A stretch of DNA of 64,000 bases, taken from the NCBI GenBank assembly GCA_037441675.1, contig JBBIRS010000004.1, forward strand, positions 1-64,000, given 5' to 3'. The notes under the pieces are model-generated. The model saw nothing but the letters and a program-made list of their open reading frames with translations, was not told the origin of the DNA and did not search any database. Every line of letters starts with the position of its first letter. The stretch's first letter is position 1. Positions 51,560-61,128 of the stretch are shown in pieces. The stretch is from Planctomycetales bacterium (GTDB lineage Bacteria; 4484-113). Both the position numbers and the translations under genes were made by a program.

Positions 51560-52575
51560 TGACGCAAAGGGAGAGATACATCCTTTATTTACTGGTGGCT
51601 TTGCTTATTTTTCTTCCGCTCATATTTACATTTAACGTATTTGAGAATAGACCCACGCCTGAAGTGAGGGGCGTTTACGACACAATTAATTCCTTAAATC
51701 CTGGTGATGTAATGGTGCTTTCAATGGATTTTGACCCTGGAAGCGAGCCAGAACTTTATCCTATGGCTCTAGCTGTTTTACGGCACGCTTTTTCTAAGGA
51801 TATTCGCGTTATAGGTGTGGGATTCTTCAGTCCGCAAGGAGTGGGACTTGGAGTAAGCGCATTTTCCACGGTTGGAGATGAATTCGGCAAGGTAAACGGT
51901 GTTGACTATGTGTTTCTTGGCTATAAGCCTGTTCTTATTGCGGCGATTCAAGCAATGAATGACAATATCAAAGGGCTCTTTCAGGTTGACGCATGGGGAA
52001 GAAGGGTTGAGGAGCTGAAGCTACTCCAAGATGTTCCAAAGCTAAGGAATAACGTCAAGTACCTTGTCGTTTTAGCGGCGGGTGAAACCGTCAGACCCTG
52101 GGTCGCCTTTGGCTCTGCTAAGGGCGGGTATCCTATGGGTGCCGGCTGCACCGCTGTCTCCTTCGCAGATTACTTCAGTTTCTACCAATCCGGACAGTTG
52201 AATGGCTTGATGGGTGGACTTAAGGCGGCTGCGGAATATGAAGTGATGGTAGCGGATGATTATCTAAAAAACCTGAGCGGGATTCTGGAAAAGTCCAATT
52301 CACCTTTCACAGTAGAAGAAATCAAGGAGTTGATGGTCAAAGAAGGGGCGCCAAAGTATATCCTGCAGGCTCTCAGCAAACTACCTTCTGATAGAAAGTT
52401 CAATACCGCTCAAGAATTCAGCGCTGCCTTCTTCAACGCAAATCTCGGTGCAGCCTCAGCCGGTATGAACAGCCAGTCCTTTGTTCATGCCATTCTGACT
52501 GTCTTCATCATTATGGGAAATATCGCATACTTCAGAAGTAGGAAAAAGAAGCGAGCTGGAGGCACAAGTGCTTAG
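51559..52575 (+). CDS. Membrane-anchored alpha/beta protein, subunit 3 of the DUF6754-type operon
   Basis: SMDFDPGSEPEL; GVDYVFLGY; SGQL.G..GGLKAAAEYE; MNSQS..H...IIMGN. Confidence 0.8.
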   Translation: MTQRERYILYLLVALLIFLPLIFTFNVFENRPTPEVRGVYDTINSLNPGDVMVLSMDFDPGSEPELYPMALAVLRHAFSKDIRVIGVGFFSPQGVGLGVSAFSTVGDEFGKVNGVDYVFLGYKPVLIAAIQAMNDNIKGLFQVDAWGRRVEELKLLQDVPKLRNNVKYLVVLAAGETVRPWVAFGSAKGGYPMGAGCTAVSFADYFSFYQSGQLNGLMGGLKAAAEYEVMVADDYLKNLSGILEKSNSPFTVEEIKELMVKEGAPKYILQALSKLPSDRKFNTAQEFSAAFFNANLGAASAGMNSQSFVHAILTVFIIMGNIAYFRSRKKKRAGGTSA

Positions 52576-53335
52576 CATTTGGCAGATAATCGGAATTTGG
52601 GTTGCGACCGCACTAACCTTGATGATGCTGAGCTTCCTTTACCGCGACAACCCCTTCTTCCGATTAGCAGAACACTTGTACTTGGGTATCAGCAATGCAT
52701 ACATCATATGGTTTACCTGGGACCAAATAATCGAACCCAACTTCATAAACCGCGTTTTCTTTCCGCCTTCAGGAACTTCCCCCGCAGAATGGCAGAGGGA
52801 ACCTTGGTATATAATTCCCGGTCTCCTTGGGATATTGATGCTCACAAGAATGTTCCCAAAAATTGCATGGCTTAGCAGATGGGCACTTGCCTTTTATGTT
52901 GGATATGCAGCAGGCGTTTCAATAGGTCCTACGCTTAATTCTTACATCCTCGCGCAGATGTATTCAACCTTTCCTCTCACTAACGTTAGTTTTAACGCAA
53001 ATGGTGTAGTTAACCTGCCAAGCCTCATAAATTCTCTTCTTATATTTATTGGAGTTGTCACTGTCCTCGTGTATTTCTTTTTTAGTTACGAGCATAAAGG
53101 ATTTATAGGTAAAACCGCGCGACTTGGCATATGGGTGCTGATGATTGCACTTGGCGCAAGTTTTGGTTCAACGGTAATGGCTCGTGTCAGCCTATTTATC
53201 GGTCGCGCAAGATTTCTCGTTCAGGACGCCGAGCCTACATACCACGCCTTCAGTATTCTGCTTTCATTAGCGGTCATAATTGCGCTAGTTGCCTACTTTT
53301 TAGAGAAGAGAAAAGCTAGACCAGCACAGGAATAG
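52568..53335 (+). CDS. Polytopic membrane protein, subunit 4 of the DUF6754-type operon
   Basis: SFLYRDNPFFRLAEHLYLG; YFFFS; LMIALGASFGSTVMAR. Confidence 0.8.
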   Translation: MLSIWQIIGIWVATALTLMMLSFLYRDNPFFRLAEHLYLGISNAYIIWFTWDQIIEPNFINRVFFPPSGTSPAEWQREPWYIIPGLLGILMLTRMFPKIAWLSRWALAFYVGYAAGVSIGPTLNSYILAQMYSTFPLTNVSFNANGVVNLPSLINSLLIFIGVVTVLVYFFFSYEHKGFIGKTARLGIWVLMIALGASFGSTVMARVSLFIGRARFLVQDAEPTYHAFSILLSLAVIIALVAYFLEKRKARPAQE

Positions 53336-53417
53336 ATGATGTTGAAACGTTGTTTGAAGTGAGAGCGTATAAATCTTTCTGCACTGCCAGCTTTGTTAAA
53401 ATAATACCCATTCTCAA

Positions 53418-54068
53418 ATGGGTGACTACTACATGCACTATATAAACCTAAACGCCCTTCGAGAAACACCACTCACCTGCGACCCCTTTGAATTCATCAT
53501 TGTTCCGCCCTTTATATCACCTGAGGGAATGGAATCACTACTCAGGGATTTCCCGAAATTATCAGGACCAGGAAGCTACCCAATTTCTGAGGTCACGTAT
53601 GGGCCTAGGTTTGCAGAATTACTTGATGATCTGAATAGCGAAGAATTCGCGGTGGCGGTAGGGGAGAAATTTTCCGTAAATCTTTTAGATTATCCGAGAA
53701 TTATCACGGTAAGAGGGCGTGCAAGCCTGAAGGATGGAAAGATACACACTGACGCTGTATGGAAGATTATCACGGTGCTTATATATCTTAACGATGGCTG
53801 GGAACCTGAAGGCGGTAGACTGAGGCTCCTGAAGAGCAAGAATTTGGATGATTTTGCCGCAGAAGTGCCACCGGAGTTTGGAACCCTGCTCGCCTTTAAG
53901 CGATGTGACCATTCCTTCCATGGGCACAAGCCATTTGAAGGCGTCCGTAGGGTAGTCCAGCTCAACTGGGTAAACTCAATCAAAAAGGCAGAAAGCGAGC
54001 TTTCCCGTCACAGATGGACCAAAAGATTAAGGAGACTTCTTCCATTTTTGCCAAGAAGAGGATATTAG
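53418..54068 (+). CDS. 2OG-Fe(II) oxygenase
   Basis: HTD...LIYLN..W...GG.L...H...R. Confidence 0.85.
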   Translation: MGDYYMHYINLNALRETPLTCDPFEFIIVPPFISPEGMESLLRDFPKLSGPGSYPISEVTYGPRFAELLDDLNSEEFAVAVGEKFSVNLLDYPRIITVRGRASLKDGKIHTDAVWKIITVLIYLNDGWEPEGGRLRLLKSKNLDDFAAEVPPEFGTLLAFKRCDHSFHGHKPFEGVRRVVQLNWVNSIKKAESELSRHRWTKRLRRLLPFLPRRGY

Positions 54069-54164
54069 CAAGTTATCCGCGCGAGACAATTTAGCCAAGA
54101 CTCAACGAAAGCGGATATGCTCTAAGGACGCTGAAAATAAAACAAACCCACACTTGGTATAAAG

Positions 54165-54196
54165 TGATACTCAGTGCAACTGAGTATCAGTATAAT
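54165..54196 (+). promoter_or_regulatory. Perfect palindromic operator next to a -10 box
   Basis: TGATACTCAG-TGCAA-CTGAGTATCA followed by GTATAAT. Confidence 0.6.
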
Positions 54197-54217
54197 TTAC
54201 TTCAGTAGGAATAAATA

Positions 54218-54963
54218 ATGTTTTTAAAGATGAATCCCACCCGAACAATTATTATTTTCCTTGCACTACTCTTTGGAATTGCGCTTTCACGCCTTACTTT
54301 ATCGCAGGACACCCCACCGGCAAATCTGGCGAGCATCCTAAAAGCAAATCCGAGCATCCGAGCGGAGGAAGCTCTGAAGTAATAGCGGATGATATTTCCA
54401 AGGCAATAAGTGATTACATCAAACGGGATGTAAAACTCAAGGGAGGTTACTTTCTAATCTATGATAAGCAGGCGAATAAACCACTCGCTCTCACACTTAC
54501 AAATATTCATGAGGTATGGTTCCCGATTCCTCTTGATAGCCCTTCTCAGAGAGTATCAAAGATTGAAGTATCCTCAAAGCTAAAGTGGGAATTTACCACA
54601 GAATCCACGTACGGTAATCGCATCTTACACCTGAGCGGTAAAAGTTCAGATGAAGAACTAACGATTGCGGTAACTTGTGAAGTTTTAGGTAGGAAGAAAC
54701 CATAGATCGGGGAAGGATTACCTCTTCCCCAAGCGAGAATAATCTCAAAGTTTTCTTGCAAGCGAATACTCTCGGATTACTATTTCGGTAATCTTGACGA
54801 GAATAGGATAGCCTTTAGCATAGGAAGGGATATCGTGCTGTCCCCGCCTCAAAACGGCGAACCGCTGAACTTTTTCATCTATCCCTACGTTGAAGTAGAT
54901 GGGAAGGAATGGAAAGATGCCACTTTCCGTTTCCAATTTAGGGATTTGGACTCGAACTTCTAG
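54218..54963 (+). pseudogene. Deletion chimera of an EHP-repeat exported protein and N-/C-terminal pieces of a transglutaminase-like protein
   Basis: Signal peptide, then a frameshift to ...GEHPKSKSEHPS..., VWFPIP...YGNR..., TAG 54703, YYFGNLDENRIAFSIGRD...NFFIYPYVEVDG. Confidence 0.6.
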
Positions 54964-54985
54964 CTAGGCTTTCAAGCCCCAGCGC

Positions 54986-55096
54986 TGTAGGGTTCGTTTA
55001 TGTAGGGCGGGGGCTTGTACCCCGCCGTTTTTCTGCACGATACAACTTCGCGCCCTACAGGGAGATTTTCGGCGTCATACAAGTTGACGCCCTACA
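54986..55096. repeat. GTAG-type REP-like cluster
   Basis: TGTAGGGCGGGGGCTTGTACCCCGCC (55001-55026) with inverted partners ending GCCCTACA at about 55059 and 55096. Confidence 0.75.
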
Positions 55097-55126
55097 AGGG
55101 TTATCAATCCCTTTAAACGCCCCTCT

Positions 55127-55163
55127 AAAAAACAAGAGGGGGCTTCCGAAGAAGCCCCCTCTT
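55127..55163 (-). terminator. Rho-independent terminator of the giant lipoprotein gene
   Basis: AAGAGGGGGCTTC-CGAA-GAAGCCCCCTCTT hairpin followed by a U-rich tract on the minus strand. Confidence 0.85.
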
Positions 55164-55189
55164 TCTACTGTCACAGATATGGAACGAGA

Positions 55190-58100
55190 TTAGAAGGTGG
55201 TGTTATCTTCCTGATCGAGGATCCTACCCAAGAGGTGTCTGCGAGCGACGTTAGAGTTATTCGTGCCAGTAACTCTATTCCATGAGGTAGCGAACCAAGC
55301 GCCCCAGCCCTTGTTATCGCCAACACTACCGTTATCGCGCATACCGCCATCCTCGTACCATGGATAGTAGTAAAGCTCGGAGCAGATTGGCTTGGTATTG
55401 CTGAGCCATTCCCTGTAGTAGTAGTAGACGTCAGTCATCGTACCGTAACCACCAGTGCTAAGTACGTTAGTCACTTGCTGACCTGATGGATATGGATCAC
55501 CTTGGTACCATACGAAGGATGAGTCAGGAACGGGGAACTGTCCGTAGTCGTACCAGAAGAAGTAGTAGCTTGCACCCATCATCTCCCGGAACGAAGTCGG
55601 CAAGTAGTAGTAGTAGTAGAGATGCGAGTATGGCATAAAGAAGTTACCGCCCTTGTTTCTGACGTAATCATCAATAATATTAGCTTCAGTAGTGGAGATG
55701 GCGTTAACGGACTCGGGTGGAGCCCAGATAACGTGGCTATACTGCTGGAGCTGAGTGGATGAGGTAATCTGGCTAGAGTTTAGTTCAACGAAGCCCTTTC
55801 CGAGAGCTTGCAGGTCGGACTTGATAGCGTTGTAGCTAGAGGTTCCACCATCGTTGACTATGGCGATAGGCTTGGCAACGAAGACCCAATCTTCCCAGAC
55901 GTAGATATCCTCAAAGTTAGGCGCTGCGTCATCCTCAACGCGACCAGCTACTGTGTAGGTATTGCCAGGCACGTAGGTGTCAGTCGTGTAAGTGAATGTC
56001 TGAGGACCAAAGCCAGGCCTCTCACCGTTGATGAACACCTCAACTTCTTGCTGGTAGTTGATACCGTCAAAGTCAATGTCAAGGTCGCAATCATCGTAAG
56101 GACCACCCTCCGCCTCTGGAACACCACCGGAGAGCCTGAATTTCAATGTAACTGAAATCTCACCGTTAGAATCTGGAGCGTAACTGCTTTGGTAGACACT
56201 TCCGTCATCCACGATGTCAACCGGCTTTGGACCACCAACGCTAACACGCACCTCACTAACTGCCCACAAGCCAAGGTCACCTTGACCGTTACCATCAGCA
56301 TCAACTGGGTCAGCAGCAAGCGCATCAGCAAAGGTTGGATACATGCCCTTGAGCCATGCTCTGACCTTGATCGGGAACGGCTCGCCTAAATCGTCTGCAG
56401 GATTACCGTTGCCGTCATAATCGTTGGTGATATCACCATCAATACCACCGTTGTACATAAAGGAAGTGTACCTAGGCCACTCTTCCCATCTTGGGATGGA
56501 CTGACCGTAGTATGGACCACTTGGGTCATCCCACCACCAATCGGGCTTGCTCTGGTACTCGAAACCAAGAGCATCATCACCATCAGGCTCGTCAACGCCA
56601 TCCTGGTCAGTGCCATGAGCCAATACCTCAACGTGGATGGTCTGAGGAGATCCCACGACGGAAACTTGAGCCATAGTGTCGTCGGTCTTGCCGTCTCCAC
56701 CACGAATGGTTACCGGAGGAGCGGCACTTGGATTAATGACCCAGGCGTAAACGCCGGAGCGTGGCGGTTCGTAATCTGGGTCACCAATCTGGACGGGACC
56801 GTCGTACGGGGTGAACTGCTCTCCACCTCCGCCGCCGCCTCCGCCGCCGCCGAGGATGTTCTTTCCAACCTTGATGTCAATCCAATTCAACCAGTTGTGC
56901 AGGAACGCACTGGTGCCTGTGCCACCACTTGCAGGTGTGGTGTTTAGTGCCCAACCATACTCAGAACCCATACCTGACCCAAGTCCCCCACCCCATGCGG
57001 GATCGTGGCTTGCCGCAAATGGCCACCACGTTGAACCGTATGGGGAGCTTCCAAGGACTGTGTACTGGTATGGCGACTGATCACCAGCGTAGTAGTTTGA
57101 ACCTAGATGGTGCTCCTTGTAGGTGAAGTTCAGAGCGGTGAAGTTACCACCAGGACCACTTGCTACAGGAGAACCAGTTAGACCGTAGCTTGGGAACGGA
57201 CCATACCAACCTACAGAACCCCCAATGACAAATACGTGACGGAAGTCTTGAACGATAACGTTTCCCTGGTCACTTTGATCTCTAAACCACCACTGCGTCA
57301 TAGTGCAGATGACCGCATTTCCTCCCTTCACGGAGTTGATAAGAATGTTCTCAATCCTTGAATCCCATGGACCGCCTCTCGGACCCCATACACTCATATC
57401 CTTCACGGGCGCGAAAACTGTCAACTCGTAATTATCCATTATAGAGGGGTCTGAAATTACATCAGCCTGTGGTATAACGTCGTAAGCAACTCCAATAGCA
57501 TCTAAGTCTGCCGTCCACTTGTTCACGTGCTCGTCAGTCGGGTCATTGTCAATTATTAAAACGGGAGCGCCACCACCACCACCACCACCGGGGATCTTGT
57601 CACCAACACGGAATTCATCAGTGTCGCCAAAGGCAACGTAGTTTGGATCGGGAATGCCAGTGCCCGGGTTCAAAACCGCCATAGCCCTCGCGACATAGGT
57701 TGCCTTGTAGTCATAAGGTGGTGGATCAATCGCTTTTACGATGTAATGTCCAAAACCAATGTATCCGTCACGGAACCTCCAGATAACGAAATCATCACCG
57801 AGGTTATTGGTCTTTGGACCACCGAAAACGTTCGCCTTGAATATAGCGGGCTCAGCTAGGTTGAGCTCCTTTGGCGCTTCCAAAGCTATGATACCGTAAG
57901 GTCCACCAGTTCCAAAACGAAGTACCTTTGTGTCAATGTCATAGTCCTCTGGCTTGGTTGCGTCAAAGATTGTCTCTTTGTTGGGCTTAACTCTGTAAAC
58001 CCAAGCTCTATCAGGACGGTCGCCCTTCACATCGTCCCAGTAGATGTAACCCTTCTCAAAGCCCTGACCAAAACGAACGAATTGAAATCCATCATCTCCA

Positions 58101-59401
58101 ATTATTCTAGCGCCACCGTTAACCATAAACGGCGGAGTAACAGGCCATCCTAACGGACCTTCCCAGGGAAGCTGTCCCTCAGGTAGCTCAGTGAGGAATG
58201 GAACATCAAACGCCCATCTCTCAAAGATCACTCCAAAAACGGGGAATGTGCCGAGATAACCAGTTGACGCGGGCTCCTCATTCGGATCAGCGCGCTCTAC
58301 AAACTTTCTTTTGTCAATCAAATCGCTCTGAATCTTATCGTTGTCAGAGGAGATTAACTGAACAATAGCTGAGTCCGCACCATATGGAACGTTGATGGGA
58401 TAGTTCGGGTCGCTAAGCGGATACTCAAGGGGAGAAGTGGCACTTGTGTCCTTGGAGAACCACTGGACTGAAGCAAATGTCTTCAGCCCGGCGCCACTCT
58501 CGTATCCCGCACCGCCATCGTCATCTACGTTGCTCATTGGAGCGATGAGAACCTCATACCACTTAAATGGACGTGGCCATTCTAGTGGCTGAACTTCATC
58601 AGCTGTGGAGTTATACAACTCATAATTAGGTCCTTCAATCCAGAATGCTGGATCGGTAAAACCAGCAGCATAGGTCTGATCACCACGATATCCTAGCTCA
58701 CGCCATGGATAATCGCCCTGAGTACCACTGCTCGGGAGAAATCCCTGGTATACCTCAGTTACTTCAAACTGATACTCGCCAGGTCCGATTGAGCCACCAC
58801 TGCTGAAGTAGTTCTCTCTCGGTACTCCAAGCCAAAAATAGGTCTTTCCGCGCATTCCTTCGGGGTTTGGGGTGTTCTGCATCCTGTCGTCAAATCCATC
58901 TCCATCTCCATTACTCTCCTGGTCACTACCCCAAGGGGGCTCCTCGGTAGGTGGATTGTTATCGTAGATATTTGGATCATACTCCCCAAAGGCAATGTCA
59001 GTGAGGTTTGGCTCATCCCGGAATACATAGCTTACGCCTCTTCCAGGAGCATGCTCCGCAGTGACGTTATTACCGTAAAGGTCAATAACATCCTCTACAG
59101 AAATGGGCTCAGGAACAGGCGCAGGTCCTGCCGGCTCAAGTGGGGTTGGGGGACCTTGCCAGCCCGGATGCGCTAACAGCTTCTGGAACTCCGGAGACAA
59201 ATTGCTGATTTCGCTCTCCGGTATAACTAGACCTGGAATATAATCCGCGGCAAAGGTTCCCGCATTATCGGTGGAAGAAGTGGTAGCGCCTGGAGTTAAT
59301 GATAGCTTGCTTCCACCACCGCCACCGCAGCTCACTGCAAAGGCGAAAAGACCCACAGTTAAACTGATAACTGCCAGTCTAAATAATCCCTTTGAACTCA
59401 T
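55190..59401 (-). CDS. 1403-aa modular surface lipoprotein (S-layer/adhesin-like)
   Basis: GAGGTG RBS; lipobox AVSC-GGGGG; LGFP-like motif; Gly linkers; two related alpha/beta modules. Confidence 0.85.
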   Translation of the reverse strand: MSSKGLFRLAVISLTVGLFAFAVSCGGGGGSKLSLTPGATTSSTDNAGTFAADYIPGLVIPESEISNLSPEFQKLLAHPGWQGPPTPLEPAGPAPVPEPISVEDVIDLYGNNVTAEHAPGRGVSYVFRDEPNLTDIAFGEYDPNIYDNNPPTEEPPWGSDQESNGDGDGFDDRMQNTPNPEGMRGKTYFWLGVPRENYFSSGGSIGPGEYQFEVTEVYQGFLPSSGTQGDYPWRELGYRGDQTYAAGFTDPAFWIEGPNYELYNSTADEVQPLEWPRPFKWYEVLIAPMSNVDDDGGAGYESGAGLKTFASVQWFSKDTSATSPLEYPLSDPNYPINVPYGADSAIVQLISSDNDKIQSDLIDKRKFVERADPNEEPASTGYLGTFPVFGVIFERWAFDVPFLTELPEGQLPWEGPLGWPVTPPFMVNGGARIIGDDGFQFVRFGQGFEKGYIYWDDVKGDRPDRAWVYRVKPNKETIFDATKPEDYDIDTKVLRFGTGGPYGIIALEAPKELNLAEPAIFKANVFGGPKTNNLGDDFVIWRFRDGYIGFGHYIVKAIDPPPYDYKATYVARAMAVLNPGTGIPDPNYVAFGDTDEFRVGDKIPGGGGGGGAPVLIIDNDPTDEHVNKWTADLDAIGVAYDVIPQADVISDPSIMDNYELTVFAPVKDMSVWGPRGGPWDSRIENILINSVKGGNAVICTMTQWWFRDQSDQGNVIVQDFRHVFVIGGSVGWYGPFPSYGLTGSPVASGPGGNFTALNFTYKEHHLGSNYYAGDQSPYQYTVLGSSPYGSTWWPFAASHDPAWGGGLGSGMGSEYGWALNTTPASGGTGTSAFLHNWLNWIDIKVGKNILGGGGGGGGGGEQFTPYDGPVQIGDPDYEPPRSGVYAWVINPSAAPPVTIRGGDGKTDDTMAQVSVVGSPQTIHVEVLAHGTDQDGVDEPDGDDALGFEYQSKPDWWWDDPSGPYYGQSIPRWEEWPRYTSFMYNGGIDGDITNDYDGNGNPADDLGEPFPIKVRAWLKGMYPTFADALAADPVDADGNGQGDLGLWAVSEVRVSVGGPKPVDIVDDGSVYQSSYAPDSNGEISVTLKFRLSGGVPEAEGGPYDDCDLDIDFDGINYQQEVEVFINGERPGFGPQTFTYTTDTYVPGNTYTVAGRVEDDAAPNFEDIYVWEDWVFVAKPIAIVNDGGTSSYNAIKSDLQALGKGFVELNSSQITSSTQLQQYSHVIWAPPESVNAISTTEANIIDDYVRNKGGNFFMPYSHLYYYYYLPTSFREMMGASYYFFWYDYGQFPVPDSSFVWYQGDPYPSGQQVTNVLSTGGYGTMTDVYYYYREWLSNTKPICSELYYYPWYEDGGMRDNGSVGDNKGWGAWFATSWNRVTGTNNSNVARRHLLGRILDQEDNTTF

Positions 59402-60014
59402 AAAATCACCTCTCAGTGAATTTATACAATACAGAAATTATTTACACTAACTCTCCGCTAAGAGGCTTCTTCGCTAGTCTCTACTTCTGAAACTATCACT
59501 TCTCTCTCTTGCCAGTTCGCATCGTATATCTGGCGTCCAGTTCAGATACACTCCGCATCTAGGCATTCTTCCCTAAGCTCCTTACTGACGGGGATAAGTT
59601 ACGGATGAAAACGATTAGATTACTCGCCTCCACCCTTACTCCACTGCGGCAAACACCACAGTGGGTAGCCTCCTTAAAATAGCACTCATTAGCTTTGAAC
59701 ATCACCTCCTCTATTCGCTTTTCAAATTACACTTGGGGAAAACATCACTGCGCTCAAAATGCGCAAATCCACGACACTGGGAGAATTCTCGGGATTTTTG
59801 CGAAGTAGTTATAGTAAGTAAAAAAATAATTGCAAGAAATAATTACAACAATTCAACACTCGCCCTAACCCGATTTTCCTCCCGATTATCCGGTTGTTTT
59901 CCCGCGTAATAAGTATAACATAGTTTCAGTGATTTTTCAACTACCTCATAAAAAAATTTTTCTTACCAAAAGAGTGGCTGAAATTGCTGGCAAGAGAGCT
60001 TGGCTACAAAGTCT

Positions 60015-60285
60015 TGTAGCGGATTATAAATCCCCTTCACTCTTCAGGGTGAACCCTACAACGTAAACCCGCCCTTCTCATATCACTTGTCGAGCATCAA
60101 CTCGTAAGACGCCAAAATCTCCCTGGAGGGTGCGAACTTGAATTGCGCCGAGACTGTAGGGGGGAACCTGTGCCCCGCCAAGATGAAAGAAATAACGGCG
60201 ACCCACAGATGCTCGCCCTCCACAGTGCCGACCTCAAGTACGCCTACTCCACGGCGGAGGCATGAGCGATGATGGCGCAGATTGA
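60015..60285. repeat. Degenerate REP-like cluster
   Basis: TGTAGCGG...CCCTACA (60015-60060); TGTAGGGGGGAACCTGTGCCCCGCC (60155-60179); GGCGGAGGCA...GGCGCA tail shared with the 44955 element. Confidence 0.55.
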
Positions 60286-60405
60286 GCGGGAGGGGATTGG
60301 CACGGGTTTGAAAGAATCTGTGATGTTTGAGATGTCCACGATGTATGTAAGGAACTTCAGCTTATGAATATTTTGTAATTCCAATTGGTTCCTAATAAGG
60401 AGTAA

Positions 60406-60972
60406 CTAGGATGATAACCCTTGGATTTTGAGAAAGTCCTTGGATTTTTCTTTACCGGTGTAATACGCTCGCAAGTTAACATCCAAATACTTTTTCCTAT
60501 GTTCAGGTAAAATCCAATCTATCGCCCTTTCAATGCTTTCATCCTTAACCACCTTCTTAACTTGATTGAAAGCGCCTAGTGCAACAACGGAAATTGTGAG
60601 AGCTGAGCCGACTTCTACCGCAATTTCGGCGCATGGAAGGTAAATTGCGGTTATGTCTTCCCGCTTACTCTTGAAAGGTACAATGCTTGAATTAACTACC
60701 ATTAAGCCACCCGAGACCATCTTAGGTTCAAACTTCTCAAAACTAGGGGCGTTCATTATAATCAGACCGTTTGGTTTAGATGGATGAGGACTGCCAATAA
60801 CATCATCGCTGATAACAACACTACAGTTGGCTGTTCCTCCACGACTTTCAGGACCATAGCTCGGTATCCAGGCGCTCTCATACCCATCAAGCATTCCCGC
60901 ATAGGCGAGAAGAGTGCCTATTGTCATTATTCCCTGTCCGCCAAAACCCGCAAATATGTATTCTTCTAACAT
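60406..60972 (-). CDS. 2-oxoacid:ferredoxin oxidoreductase gamma subunit
   Basis: AGFGGQG and PSYGPESRGG motifs. Confidence 0.93.
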   Translation of the reverse strand: MLEEYIFAGFGGQGIMTIGTLLAYAGMLDGYESAWIPSYGPESRGGTANCSVVISDDVIGSPHPSKPNGLIIMNAPSFEKFEPKMVSGGLMVVNSSIVPFKSKREDITAIYLPCAEIAVEVGSALTISVVALGAFNQVKKVVKDESIERAIDWILPEHRKKYLDVNLRAYYTGKEKSKDFLKIQGLSS

Positions 60973-61128
60973 TCTAGTGAGAGTTATAAATTAAATTTGA
61001 ACTCATTCCTAAATATATTTAAGGAATATGCAAGAGTTCTTAGAAAATCTTTCTTTCATTATTAGGCTGAAAAATCCTTCCATAAATCAGAAAACACATT
61101 TTCGAAGACTGAAATATATTCCATCTTT

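Noticed and set aside
55190..55700. DGR variable region suggested by TAC runs in the giant lipoprotein
   Set aside because: No reverse transcriptase or matching template repeat seen in the window; it cannot be excluded elsewhere in the genome
60010..60115. c-di-AMP (ydaO) riboswitch
   Set aside because: Only GGGTGAA-like fragments are present; the other conserved elements are absent and REP-like ends explain the sequence
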